Source: a bacterium (GTDB lineage: Bacteria; Electryoneota; Electryoneia; Electryoneales; Electryoneaceae). From it: a stretch of DNA of 64,000 bases. Shown here piece after piece: positions 38,134 to 48,521 of the stretch. Made by a program: the position numbers and the translations under genes. Below the pieces are notes generated by a model. It worked only from the letters and a program-made list of their open reading frames with translations. It was not told the origin of the DNA and searched no databases. How positions within the stretch are numbered: position 1 is the stretch's first letter; each line of letters starts with the position of its first letter. The stretch is taken from assembly GCA_963675295.2 (NCBI GenBank), contig CAXXKJ010000002.1:3360001-3424000 (forward strand), read 5' to 3'.

Positions 38134-39273
38134 TCAACCACTTGTCACCGCTGAACTTGTCGCCCTCTCCGCCACATCTACCGCGCTTAAGCCGATTTCC
38201 AGTGGAACACGTACCTTGTGCGAAGCGTCACGAACCGCTTTCACGACATCGAGCATCGAAGCACGCACCAAGTCAGCGTAAACCTCCATCTTGCTCCGGT
38301 CCATCCGGAACGTACCGAACACCTCATGCGTCGCGGCGTACGGTTCACCCGTCGCTGCGAAGTGCTTTACGTTGCCGTTGTCGAGGGGTGCTATCGTGCG
38401 TTCGGTCCAGTTCGGCAGAGATCTGATCAGCTCATACGTGGTTTCATCCACCAGCGCATGCAGGTGGCCGTAAGTGGGAATCCAGCCGTGCAGACGCATC
38501 CGCAGCTTGTCGAACGCCAGGCGGATGTGCGTTTCCTCAAACGAGTTCAGGCCAGAGAAATGGTGGTAGTGAGTGGCGATTAAACCGTCTTCATATTCGA
38601 CGGACGCCAGCACCCGGTCCCGTTGCCCGGATCGTCTGTCCGCCGCAGCACCGGTTACACGTGTGACCGGCGCGGCCGCGAGCGTGTCAACCAGGTCGAT
38701 GAAATGGACCGCATGTTCGATCAAGATGCCGCCGGATTGGTAACGATCCCAGAACCAGTGGTTCGGCGGCAGGGTTTCGTCCTGGGCGTAATTCTCAACC
38801 GACGCATGCCGTAGGGGGCCGAAAGTGCCTTCCTTGACCCAGGATTGGAAGGTCTCGAGCAGCGGATGAAGCCGCAGCATGTGGTTCACCGCGACGACAA
38901 CCCCGGCATCATCACGCGCACGCAGCAACCGCTCGGTGTCCGCTTTCGCTGACAGGGCGACCGGCTTCTCCACCAGCAGGTGCTTGCCCGCCTGCATCAA
39001 CGCCACCGCCAGGTCGGCGTGCGTGGACGGCGGTGAGGCGATCGCGACGATGGCCACCTCGGGGTCGTCCGCCAGCTTTTGCCAGTCGTCATAAAAACGG
39101 ATATCGCCGGGATTTGCCTCCGCACGGCTGTCCGCCGCTGCGACGACGAGAACCTCATCCAGCTGCGACCAGCTCTGGTGCAGAAAGCGGGCGAATCCGC
39201 CGTACCCGAGAATCCCAATGCCGAGCTTGTCCATACCTGCCCCCTGTTGGATTCTGGTAACGTAGCGGTTCAC
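38134..39273 (-). CDS. Gfo/Idh/MocA family oxidoreductase
   Basis: GILGYGGF, AGKHLLVEKP, GGILIEHAVHFID; start may be 39234. Confidence 0.9.
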   Translation of the reverse strand: MNRYVTRIQQGAGMDKLGIGILGYGGFARFLHQSWSQLDEVLVVAAADSRAEANPGDIRFYDDWQKLADDPEVAIVAIASPPSTHADLAVALMQAGKHLLVEKPVALSAKADTERLLRARDDAGVVVAVNHMLRLHPLLETFQSWVKEGTFGPLRHASVENYAQDETLPPNHWFWDRYQSGGILIEHAVHFIDLVDTLAAAPVTRVTGAAADRRSGQRDRVLASVEYEDGLIATHYHHFSGLNSFEETHIRLAFDKLRMRLHGWIPTYGHLHALVDETTYELIRSLPNWTERTIAPLDNGNVKHFAATGEPYAATHEVFGTFRMDRSKMEVYADLVRASMLDVVKAVRDASHKVRVPLEIGLSAVDVAERATSSAVTSG

Positions 39274-39293
39274 ATTATGTCAGGACAAGAGTC

Positions 39294-39307
39294 TCGAACC
39301 GATTCGA
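39294..39307. promoter_or_regulatory. Second candidate LacI operator
   Basis: TCGAACCGATTCGA, one mismatch to the 38019-38032 core, in a divergent intergenic gap. Confidence 0.55.
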
Positions 39308-39428
39308 CAAAATCGAGTATTTCGTGTTTGACTCTGGCGGAGCCGCGCACTACTGTCTACCTTCTCAGTGGCAACAGGGCAGCGCATCCGGGGGAATCAC
39401 GTTGGCACGTTCGACCGTACCTCAGGCT

Positions 39429-40940
39429 ATGAAACCGGTTCAGGGGAAGTGTGTCTCTCCAGCGAGCCGAGTCGCTGCGCGATTCCGAGTAGTATGGACC
39501 GTGCTGCTTGCTTCTCTTGCGGTTGGCCTCATTGCCTGTTCGGACTCCACGCAACAAGAAGCCGGGGACACCTGGCTGGCAATTGCCGGTGACGACACCA
39601 TCACGGTCAACCAGTACACCTACCGTTACGAGACCGCTCCGCACACCGGTTTCGGCACCACCGCCCGCCGGGATTTCCTCGACGCCCTGATCATCGAACG
39701 CCTGCTCGCACACCTCTCCCCCGACACCTCGGAGCGTTACACCGCCCTGCGTGCGCAACTGGCCGCCGAGGCCCGTGTGGAGAGTTTCCTCATCGACCGG
39801 ATTGAGGCCGAGGTCAATATCCCGGAAACGGAGGTGCGTGCCAACGTGCTGCGCGCCATCCGCACATTGACTGTACAAGCGTGGGCCGCCCCGGACTCGA
39901 ACACCGCCGCACGAATCCTCGTCGCATACCTGGGCGGGACCTCATTTGAACGGGCCGGCAATCAGACGTTCAGCGGCGCGGTGTATCTCGATACGGTCGT
40001 GGTGCAGTGGAACACGACCGATCCGGCGCTGGAGGATCTGGCGTATTCGCTCGAGCTGGACGAGGCCGGCGGACCGGTTGAGGTCGAGGGACGCTGGTGG
40101 GTATTGCGGCTGATTCGTTTCGAGCAGGACCGCATCCCCAGTGAGTCGGTGTATCTCGAGCTGGGACCGTGGGTGCGTGACGCCCTCGAAGCCCGGCAGG
40201 CGCGTGCCCGGCAGCCCGAGATCATCGCTGCTGTGATGCGTGGCCACACGATGAACATCGACCCGGACGGCTGGCGCTGGCTGGTTGATGCCCTCCGCGA
40301 ACGGCTGGATTCCGGCGACGATCCGGCGTTGCAATTGCCGTTCACCGCGCTGGAGGAGAACTCACTGCGCGGACTGGATGATACCCCTGACCTCGACCTG
40401 CCGCTGCTGAGTGTTGATGGCCCGGCATACTCGGCCGATTGGACCCGCGCGGACGTGTTGCGCCGCCTCGAGGTCGCGCCGAAACCGGTTCCACGCTTTG
40501 ACGATCCGCGTCGCTTTGAGCACGACCTCCACGCGCACCTGCGCTGGCTGGTCGAATTCGAGGTGCTGGACCAACTGGCGACAGAAGCGGGCTACGATGA
40601 CAACCCGCGCGTGATGCGTGACCGCCGGATGTGGTCCACTCACCTCTCCGCCCGTGAGGAATTGAACCGGCAACTTTCGTTGATCACGGACCACCCTCCG
40701 GATACCACAGCCCGGATCGGCCTCCCGAGGGACGCCTCAGCGGAAGAGCAACTGCTCGCCCTGTTCCGTGACGCTGCGGCGCGGGAAGGGGTGCGTATCA
40801 ATACAGCACTGCTCGACTCGTTGACGTTGGTTGACGTGCCGGTGTTTGTCCGCAAACGGCATTTTCCCAACCGTCCAGCGACTCCATTGCCCGTGGGTCA
40901 ACCTTGGGCGGCCGAACTCGATTTTCCACCTCAGCCCTGA
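39429..40940 (+). CDS. SurA/PrsA-like (parvulin-fold, degenerate) lipoprotein
   Basis: Lipobox LIAC; AIAGDDTIT, FLDALIIERLL, LEDLAYSLELDEAGGPV; start uncertain. Confidence 0.6.
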   Translation: MKPVQGKCVSPASRVAARFRVVWTVLLASLAVGLIACSDSTQQEAGDTWLAIAGDDTITVNQYTYRYETAPHTGFGTTARRDFLDALIIERLLAHLSPDTSERYTALRAQLAAEARVESFLIDRIEAEVNIPETEVRANVLRAIRTLTVQAWAAPDSNTAARILVAYLGGTSFERAGNQTFSGAVYLDTVVVQWNTTDPALEDLAYSLELDEAGGPVEVEGRWWVLRLIRFEQDRIPSESVYLELGPWVRDALEARQARARQPEIIAAVMRGHTMNIDPDGWRWLVDALRERLDSGDDPALQLPFTALEENSLRGLDDTPDLDLPLLSVDGPAYSADWTRADVLRRLEVAPKPVPRFDDPRRFEHDLHAHLRWLVEFEVLDQLATEAGYDDNPRVMRDRRMWSTHLSAREELNRQLSLITDHPPDTTARIGLPRDASAEEQLLALFRDAAAREGVRINTALLDSLTLVDVPVFVRKRHFPNRPATPLPVGQPWAAELDFPPQP

Positions 40941-40962
40941 TCGAAGTACGTGAGGACAGATC

Positions 40963-41910
40963 ATGAACATGAACCCGACAGCCCTGGTCACCCGGTATCC
41001 GCACAACCCGATCCTGACGAAGGATGACATCCCCTACCCCGTTGTCACGGTGCACAACGCTGGCGCAACGCTGTTCGAGGGCCGGACGTTGCTGCTGTTC
41101 CGCTCGCACCTGCGCACCGGCCGTTCGATCCTCGGCCTGGCGGAGAGCGAGGACGGGTACAACTTTACCGTTCGGCCGGAACCGTTCATGACCGCCGACC
41201 CGCATGGCCCGTTTGCGGAGTACGAGGAATACGGCGTCGAGGACCCGCGGATTTGTTTCATTGACGACGAGTACCTGATCACCTACAGCGCGTACTCCCG
41301 GCATGGAGTCCGCATCGGGCTGGCGAAAACTCGGGATTGGGAATCCGTGGAACGCGTTTCGATGATCACCCAGGCGGACATGCGCAACGTGGTCATCTTC
41401 CCGCAGAAATTTGAGGGGCGGTATGCCCGTCTCGACCGTCCGCATTCGGAAATCTCGCCGTGGTCAATGTGGATCTCGTACTCGCCGGACCTCGTGCACT
41501 GGGGTGATTCCAAGGTGGTGATGAAGCCGGTGACGTATCACTGGGACGAGATGAAAATCGGCCCCGGCGCGACACCGATCCGCACGGATAAGGGCTGGCT
41601 GAACATCTACCACGGGGTGTTTCCGACGATGGACGGGTCGGTCTACCGGCTCGGCGTTGCGCTGCATGACCTCGACGATCCATCCCGCATCATCGGTGTC
41701 GCGGACGAGTGGATTCTGCAGCCGGAAGATCCGTGGGAGATCAGCGGCTACGTGCACAACGTGGTCTTCACCTGCGGCGCGGTGGAGGTTGGGGACGGCA
41801 CGATCCGCCTCTACTGGGGCGGTGCGGACACGGTGATGTGCGCGGGCACGGCCAGAATTGACGATCTGGTCGAGCTTTGTCTCAACAATTCCCGCCCACC
41901 GATGGGCTGA
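40963..41910 (+). CDS. GH130-family glycoside phosphorylase/hydrolase
   Basis: RYPHNPIL, VHNAG, GVEDPRI, MRNVVIFP, KIGPG, GYVHNVVF, WGGAD. Confidence 0.92.
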   Translation: MNMNPTALVTRYPHNPILTKDDIPYPVVTVHNAGATLFEGRTLLLFRSHLRTGRSILGLAESEDGYNFTVRPEPFMTADPHGPFAEYEEYGVEDPRICFIDDEYLITYSAYSRHGVRIGLAKTRDWESVERVSMITQADMRNVVIFPQKFEGRYARLDRPHSEISPWSMWISYSPDLVHWGDSKVVMKPVTYHWDEMKIGPGATPIRTDKGWLNIYHGVFPTMDGSVYRLGVALHDLDDPSRIIGVADEWILQPEDPWEISGYVHNVVFTCGAVEVGDGTIRLYWGGADTVMCAGTARIDDLVELCLNNSRPPMG

Positions 41911-42031
41911 ACCTGTCGGGTTGGCGGGAATCGCGTTCCCTGCCTGTCCGTTCGCACACGACATCCGTAGAAAAGAATAGCGCCGGTTCCTTCTCAGGGA
42001 CCGGCGTTGCTCGCATCTGGTTCAACTGGCC

Positions 42032-43657
42032 TCAGCGGCGTTCGGTCAACCATAGCACCAGCCGGATGAACGTGAACGATCGCCGCTCCGGATGACGCAC
42101 CGCAGTCATCAGCAGCCCCACCACGAGCCCGGGCACAGTCAACCCGCGGCGAATGATGTAGCGGAGCCCGAACGTGGGTCCAGCGTTGTCTGATCCCGAA
42201 CCGGACTTCACACTCTCAGCTCTCCCCTGCACCAGCAAGCGCTGCAACGTTTTCCGCGTAAATAGCAGGTAATCCCGCCCGGCATACAATCGTAGCAACG
42301 CCGTCCGGTGGATCACTGGACCGACTTCGCTGACCCAGCGCGTGAAGGCCTCCGGGACGGGCTGCGATGTCACGATTTCGTCAAAATCCAGCGGCCCGAA
42401 CACAGCCTCGGTGGCCGTGCGTGTCAATCCAGCAGCCCGCTGCAAACCGGCCCGGGCAACTGTTTCGTTGAACGCATGTGGATCGAGTTCCGCGCCCCAG
42501 GTTTTCCACGCCAACCGCGCGTCCAGCATCACCTTCAACGGCTGCAGCAGGTGTTCCACGCCACCGTGCAGCAGCAGGTGGATCAATTGATCCTCCGGCG
42601 CAAGCACGTTAAGCAGCAGTCCATCAACCGTGACCTCCACGGCACGATCCCACACTCCTGCCACATCCCAGTCGAAATCCGCGTAGTACGGCAGCAGGCC
42701 GACATGCAGATCGACCTTGATCCGCCGCTGCGGATCGTACAGCCAGATCTCCTTGCTCTCCGCGATGCCGCCGCCCCCGCCCTGCCGCTGGAATCCGAGT
42801 GACTGGAAAATCACGAGCGCAGCGTTGACGTCCGGTTCACGCACGAGTAAATCCAGATCGGTCATCGGACGTGTCGCCGGATCCGGGTACAGGCTGTGCG
42901 TGAAATACAACCCCTTGAGCACAATCAGGTCGATATCACGTTCACGGAAGGCCGAACTGATTCGCCGTTGCGCGGCAAACAGCCGCTGGTATTGCACCCA
43001 TGCCTGGCGGTAGTAACGTTGCAAGCGTTCCCGGCTCTCAATCGGCACTGTGTCAAGCAGGCTCGCGCGATTCAGCTGCCAGCACAGGTACGGCGCCAGT
43101 TCATGCTGATCTGCGAGCGTAACAATCGCCGGCCATAACGCCTCGTCCGCCGGCAGTGCCCCGTTGAACAACGCCCCTTTTTCGCCGGCAGCCAGCATCT
43201 GGTACAGGGACCCTAGCGCAACGCGGATCGTCCCGCTGCTTCGCGGTCCCTGATAGCGTCCGGTCAGCCTCAGCGCCAGCAGGTGGACACCCCGGATCGT
43301 ATACCACAACTGCCCGCGAACCCATCCGGCCGTCCCACCTCGCACCGTCTTCCACACCCCTCGCCGCTGTTGGGCCACTACCCTGCCGATGAAACGGTCG
43401 GGTGTCACCGGCCGCACATCAACTGTCACCAGATCATCACCCCGAGTCAGCAGCGCCGTGTCCTCGCGACGGATAACCCGGTGAACGATCTGCCGTTCTT
43501 CACCGCTGGCACGGAACACGATTACATCTCCGGCACGCACGGCATCCATCGGACAGGCACGCACTCGCAGCCGTTCCCCGTCACGGAACAGCGAGCGCAT
43601 GCTCCCGCCATGGTAGATAATCTCGTGCAGTTCGCCGGATGATGAGGGTTGGTTCAT
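42032..43657 (-). CDS. S24/S26-type peptidase fused to NTP_transf_5-type nucleotidyltransferase
   Basis: GGSM..GDVIVF..VHRV..TRGD; LKG..LYPDPATRPMTDLDLLV..VDLH. Confidence 0.82.
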   Translation of the reverse strand: MNQPSSSGELHEIIYHGGSMRSLFRDGERLRVRACPMDAVRAGDVIVFRASGEERQIVHRVIRREDTALLTRGDDLVTVDVRPVTPDRFIGRVVAQQRRGVWKTVRGGTAGWVRGQLWYTIRGVHLLALRLTGRYQGPRSSGTIRVALGSLYQMLAAGEKGALFNGALPADEALWPAIVTLADQHELAPYLCWQLNRASLLDTVPIESRERLQRYYRQAWVQYQRLFAAQRRISSAFRERDIDLIVLKGLYFTHSLYPDPATRPMTDLDLLVREPDVNAALVIFQSLGFQRQGGGGGIAESKEIWLYDPQRRIKVDLHVGLLPYYADFDWDVAGVWDRAVEVTVDGLLLNVLAPEDQLIHLLLHGGVEHLLQPLKVMLDARLAWKTWGAELDPHAFNETVARAGLQRAAGLTRTATEAVFGPLDFDEIVTSQPVPEAFTRWVSEVGPVIHRTALLRLYAGRDYLLFTRKTLQRLLVQGRAESVKSGSGSDNAGPTFGLRYIIRRGLTVPGLVVGLLMTAVRHPERRSFTFIRLVLWLTERR

Positions 43658-43793
43658 GATGAAATGTCGTCAGCCGCGTGAATGATCGGATGCCTCTCCC
43701 CCCTCGCAAAGGTAAAGCCGTACGCCGTACAAGAGAAAACCCGCTCCCGGTCAAGTTGCCGGAAGCGGGCGAGAAGAGTGCAGTCGCGCGCCC

Positions 43794-45761
43794 CTATTTC
43801 ACCAACGTCAATTTGCGACTCATCTCCTGATTCTGCCAATTCACCCGCAGCAGGTACGTCCCGGACGCGACATCGTCCGCATTCCACACCACCTGGTGCG
43901 TCCCCGCATGTAGCGGTCCCCGTTGCAGCTGCGCCACTTCCCGGCCAAGCACGTCGAACACACAAATCGCCGTGTTTCCGGCCTGTGGAATCGCAACTTC
44001 CACCGACACGCTCGAGTTGAACGGGTTCGGATAGGCACTCACAATCCGGAACTCATCCGGAATCGGAATCGTCTCATCCTCCACGCTCAACAGCGCGTCG
44101 GATTCTGGTTCACGAACGACGCGGAACGCGAACCAGTAACTTTGCGACGCTTCGTCGCCGGAGGTGAAGACAAACTCATCCATCTCATCGAGGAAACCGA
44201 TCACCTGCGGTTGGTTGCCTTCGAGCATGATCAGCTTCACCCGGATGCGTGGCGGCAGATTACTCAGGTCCGGCCAGTAGAGCCGGATATCCGTATTTGG
44301 CAAGTTCTTCACCCGAACTTCCGCCACCCAGTATTCCCAGATCGAATCCCAGTCGCGCAGATCCCACGCGTACCGTCCCGGGACATCCCAGTTGTCGTGC
44401 GGGAACGACATGTTGACATACTGGGTGATCGGCGGCGTGAACTCGAACGCGTCCCACGGGTCGTAATCGTCCTCGCTGCCTTCCCGGACACCGATCTTGT
44501 TGTAGTGGTCCACGTGCTCACCGTCAACCGTCTCGATCGGGATGTCGACAAACCAGTAATAGCGTGGATCTTCCTCGAGATCATCCGGGCTCGGACCATG
44601 CGACCCACCATCGTAGCTGAATTCAAGCTCAGCGTCGCCGGTGGTCGTTTTGATCACCCAGAATCCCTGCCACGGGAAGAGGTAGGACGTCGCCAGTGTG
44701 GCATCCAGCACCTCGTAGGATGACCCGTTGAACGTGTACACGTTGGAGTTGATCCCGTCCTGTCCCCAGCCTGAGGGGTTGCCGCCCACGGTAATGGTTG
44801 ACGTGTTCAACTGGTACGTTCCGTAGAATGGATTCGCCAGCATCGTCATCCCGTTGATATCATTCTGATACCCCGTGATGGTCTGGCTCACGTTCACCTC
44901 CGGCGCGCCCGTTGTCTGCGCCGAGACAACATCGAGCCACGGGTCTTCGACTCCGGGCTCGACATTCTGTACAAACCAGTACCCCAGACCGGGTTCAATG
45001 TCCGGTGGTTCTATGTTCGGATCGTTATCCCCCAATCCGAACCGGTCATAGTTCAGGGTTGCCGGGTTCCACCGGCTCATCACCCATGTTCCGGGCGAAC
45101 TGAGCCCGCCAAGATCGTCTGAGAACAGCGAGTCCGCGACTCGATTTTCGGCCAGGGTTACCAGTGATGGTACCCCGAGCAGATACCAGCGGTTGTTCGT
45201 TGACACGTCGCAGGTGTACGCCGTGACGTTGAACTCCGCCAGGTCGACGTAAACGTTTTGCGTCCGCCCGGCGACAACGTTGTATTCCTGCTCCACGATG
45301 AACCGGACCGCGTCCGCCGTGTCTGGAGCCTGCCCCTCAATGGTGTGTAACGACCAGAACGCTCCCGCCGAGGAAACGTTGTTTTCGACCGGATCGCCTG
45401 CCGGGTTCTCACCCGTGTAGAACTGCAGGTACAGCTTCAGAGTCGACGAATTTCCGTTTCGCAGGTACACCGAGAATTGCACCGAATCCCGTGGCCACAC
45501 CACCAGGTCCTGATATAATAGGTTCGGCCCTTCCAGCGAGTCGAGCACCATCTTCACCGAGTACGTGCCGCTCAATACCGTGCTCAATTCGCGGACAATC
45601 CCGCCCTCGGGTTCAACCTCGATCCAATCCGACACATCGTCAGAGTTCCATGTTTCGAAATCGTTGTTCTGTAGGCTTGCCGGGTTCTGGGCATGGACCA
45701 TCACTGCGGGGAGCCACACCAGCAGCAACAGTCCGATCAGCTTCAGCATCTGTGTTCGCAT
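43794..45761 (-). CDS. Secreted protein with CBM-like module and C-terminal sorting domain
   Basis: GGAGG before ATG 45761; NNDFETW; SAYPNPFN..FDVLGREV..SGTY; paralogue of 46104..48521. Confidence 0.82.
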   Translation of the reverse strand: MRTQMLKLIGLLLLVWLPAVMVHAQNPASLQNNDFETWNSDDVSDWIEVEPEGGIVRELSTVLSGTYSVKMVLDSLEGPNLLYQDLVVWPRDSVQFSVYLRNGNSSTLKLYLQFYTGENPAGDPVENNVSSAGAFWSLHTIEGQAPDTADAVRFIVEQEYNVVAGRTQNVYVDLAEFNVTAYTCDVSTNNRWYLLGVPSLVTLAENRVADSLFSDDLGGLSSPGTWVMSRWNPATLNYDRFGLGDNDPNIEPPDIEPGLGYWFVQNVEPGVEDPWLDVVSAQTTGAPEVNVSQTITGYQNDINGMTMLANPFYGTYQLNTSTITVGGNPSGWGQDGINSNVYTFNGSSYEVLDATLATSYLFPWQGFWVIKTTTGDAELEFSYDGGSHGPSPDDLEEDPRYYWFVDIPIETVDGEHVDHYNKIGVREGSEDDYDPWDAFEFTPPITQYVNMSFPHDNWDVPGRYAWDLRDWDSIWEYWVAEVRVKNLPNTDIRLYWPDLSNLPPRIRVKLIMLEGNQPQVIGFLDEMDEFVFTSGDEASQSYWFAFRVVREPESDALLSVEDETIPIPDEFRIVSAYPNPFNSSVSVEVAIPQAGNTAICVFDVLGREVAQLQRGPLHAGTHQVVWNADDVASGTYLLRVNWQNQEMSRKLTLVK

Positions 45762-46103
45762 TGTACAATCCTCCACTCTCCTTCAGCGACCGCGTTCGCC
45801 GGATAACGAAAAACCGAATTATTCGTAAACTACAATTCATATTATGTATTAAGCTAAGTATACAAATTATTTTTGGTTTCCGTCTGTGATCTGCATCACA
45901 TCATGAGTCCATTTCCAGAAAAATGCGCGTCAACGGAGCACCAATACCGCAAAACTGAGTTTTCTGGCGATTGCTTGTTTTTCCGGAAGTTGTAGCTATC
46001 AATGGTCGGGCAATTCAGCGTGAATTTGTGCGAGGATCCGGTGGAGAGAGAGAAAGCGCTCACACCCGGATGGATGTGAGCGCTTGAGGTCGTTGGATCA
46101 GGA

Positions 46104-48521
46104 TTACTGCAGCAGCGTGATCTTGCGATGCGCAACCTTGCCGCCAGCCTTCAACTGCAGGAAGTAGGTACCGGACGCGTAGTCCTGCGCGTTCCAGGTG
46201 AAGGTGTGCAGCCCGGCGGTCAGCTGACCGTCGTGGATGCGGGCAACTTCGCGACCGAGGACATCGTAGACCTTCAGCGTCGTCTCGCCAGCTTCCGGGA
46301 TACCCATCTTGACCGAAATCTGTGCGTTGAACGGGTTCGGATAGGCGTTGCTGATCCCGAACTCAACCGGGAGCGCGGCGCCGGACTCATCCGCGACATC
46401 CGTCGAACGGCTCACATCGTACGCGCGCACGTAGAAGTGCTCAACTTCCGACTGGCTGTCGCCAACGTTAAACACGTACTCTCCACCCATCTCGTGCAGG
46501 CGGCCGACCGGCTGAATACCGTTCGGGGTGATGTGCATTAGTTCGAACTCAACATTCTGCGGACCACCCTGAAGCGTCGGCCAGTGAAGACGCAGGGTGC
46601 TGTTCGGCAGACGGTTGGCCTTGACATCGAAGAACCAGACTTCTTCGTCGAAATCGCGATCACGGTAGTCCCACGCGAAGCGGGTACCTTCTCGCCAGTC
46701 ATCATGCACAAACGCGAGGCTGACGTAACGGGAATCCGGCGGAGTCAGCTCGAAGGCATCGTAGCCATCGTAACCGTCGCGGGAACGATCCCGGACACCA
46801 AACTCGTTGTAGTTATCCTGGTATTCGCCATCAACGGTTTCGACGCGAAGGTTGATGCCCCAACCGGTGTCGGTGAACTCATCGACTTCTTCAACATCAT
46901 CGATAACCGGACCGTGTTCATCAGGGTTGTACACGAATTCAATCTGGCCATCGCTTGCGGTCGTCTTGACCACCCAGAAGCCATCCCACGGGTCCAGCAC
47001 GGCTGAAGTCGCCAACTGAATCAGGTACTGACGAGTCTGACCGTTGTACTTGTAGATGTTTGCGTTGATGCCGTTCTGGCCCCAGCCGGAGGCGAAACCA
47101 CCGACCGTCAGGTTCGCGGTAGCGAGTTCGTAGTCACCGTAGAACGGGTTCGCCAGCATGGTTTCGCCGTTGGCAACGATCGTCTGCGTAACGTTCGAAC
47201 TCGGTGCACCAGAAGTCTGCGAAGAGGTGATATCCAACCGCGGGTCCGGAGTGCCCGGTTCAACTGCCTGGACGAACCAGTAGCCGAGGCCCGGCTCGAT
47301 GTCCGGCGGTTCCGTGCCCGGATCACCGTCGCCGTTGCCGAAGCGTTCGTACTGCTGCGTGCTGTTGTTCCAGCGGCTCATCACCCACGTGCTTGCGGTG
47401 CTGTTTCCGCCAAGGTCATCCGCGAACAGGGCATCGGCGTTACGATCAGCCTGGTCGTCGATAATAGTCGGAACACCGATCAGATACCAGACATTCTCGT
47501 CGGATACATCTTCGGTGTACGTGTCGATCCAGTAGTCCACATCATCCACGTAGACCGTCCTCAATTCATCGGGGTCTGTCGTGTTGATCTGCTGAAGTTC
47601 GTAACGCACCCATGCGGTTGAAGAAGGCGTTTCCAAGGTAGCCGACACCTGGGTAAAGCTCGTTGTGTTGGCCGAGTTGGCGTAGCCTTGCTGAATGAAG
47701 TTGTTGTTCGCGTCGTAGGCTTTGAGGTACAGACGCGACAGCTGGCCGGAGGTGATATCCTCAGCGAAGTACGCGCTGCCACCGACGGTATCGCCCGGGC
47801 GCACGTACAGGTACTGGATCAACCGGGGTCGCGAAAGCGCCGCCGAGCTCAAGGCTGCCGAAGCTGAACCGGAGTTCACAATGACATTTTCTTCGTCAAC
47901 CGCTGCATCGCTGACCAGTAGTGCTTCCCAGTAATCGGGTGCTCCACCGGTCCAGTCCTCGAAGCTCTCGTTCACCACCGAAACGTACGTCGGCTGCGTG
48001 ATTACGATATCAGCGTAATCAACGTAGCACACCTGGGGTAACGGCTGCGAATCGTTCTTGAAATGCAGGATTTCGTACTTGATCTGCGTCGTCGAAGCCG
48101 GCGTGACAAAGTCCAGTACCAGGGCCTGCCACGACGTCGTGTTGATCGACTGCGTGAATTCCTGGTACAGAAGGTTGTTGCTCTCATCGTACACCTTTAC
48201 GTAGACGCGAACGAACGAATCGTCGTTGTCGTACACGAAGATGGAAGCTTCAACCTGTTCGTTCGGATCAACGCTGAAGTACTGCACGAGTCGCGGACGA
48301 GTCGAACCGACGTTGTTGATCTTCACCGAAGATCCGCCGCTGTACGCGAACGAATTTTCCTGAATCTCGTTGTTCCCGGATTCAACAACCGTCCAGTCAT
48401 CCGGGTTGTCATCTGTCCAGTTTTCAAAATCTGCGTTTAACAGGTTTTGCCCCGAGGCAGGGAAAACCAGCAACCCAAGAAGCAAAACCAGAAGCGTAGA
48501 AAACAGAACCGAAGACCTCAT
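46104..48521 (-). CDS. Secreted protein with two CBM-like modules and C-terminal sorting domain
   Basis: NADFENW and NESFEDW modules; NAYPNPFN tail. Confidence 0.85.
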   Translation of the reverse strand: MRSSVLFSTLLVLLLGLLVFPASGQNLLNADFENWTDDNPDDWTVVESGNNEIQENSFAYSGGSSVKINNVGSTRPRLVQYFSVDPNEQVEASIFVYDNDDSFVRVYVKVYDESNNLLYQEFTQSINTTSWQALVLDFVTPASTTQIKYEILHFKNDSQPLPQVCYVDYADIVITQPTYVSVVNESFEDWTGGAPDYWEALLVSDAAVDEENVIVNSGSASAALSSAALSRPRLIQYLYVRPGDTVGGSAYFAEDITSGQLSRLYLKAYDANNNFIQQGYANSANTTSFTQVSATLETPSSTAWVRYELQQINTTDPDELRTVYVDDVDYWIDTYTEDVSDENVWYLIGVPTIIDDQADRNADALFADDLGGNSTASTWVMSRWNNSTQQYERFGNGDGDPGTEPPDIEPGLGYWFVQAVEPGTPDPRLDITSSQTSGAPSSNVTQTIVANGETMLANPFYGDYELATANLTVGGFASGWGQNGINANIYKYNGQTRQYLIQLATSAVLDPWDGFWVVKTTASDGQIEFVYNPDEHGPVIDDVEEVDEFTDTGWGINLRVETVDGEYQDNYNEFGVRDRSRDGYDGYDAFELTPPDSRYVSLAFVHDDWREGTRFAWDYRDRDFDEEVWFFDVKANRLPNSTLRLHWPTLQGGPQNVEFELMHITPNGIQPVGRLHEMGGEYVFNVGDSQSEVEHFYVRAYDVSRSTDVADESGAALPVEFGISNAYPNPFNAQISVKMGIPEAGETTLKVYDVLGREVARIHDGQLTAGLHTFTWNAQDYASGTYFLQLKAGGKVAHRKITLLQ

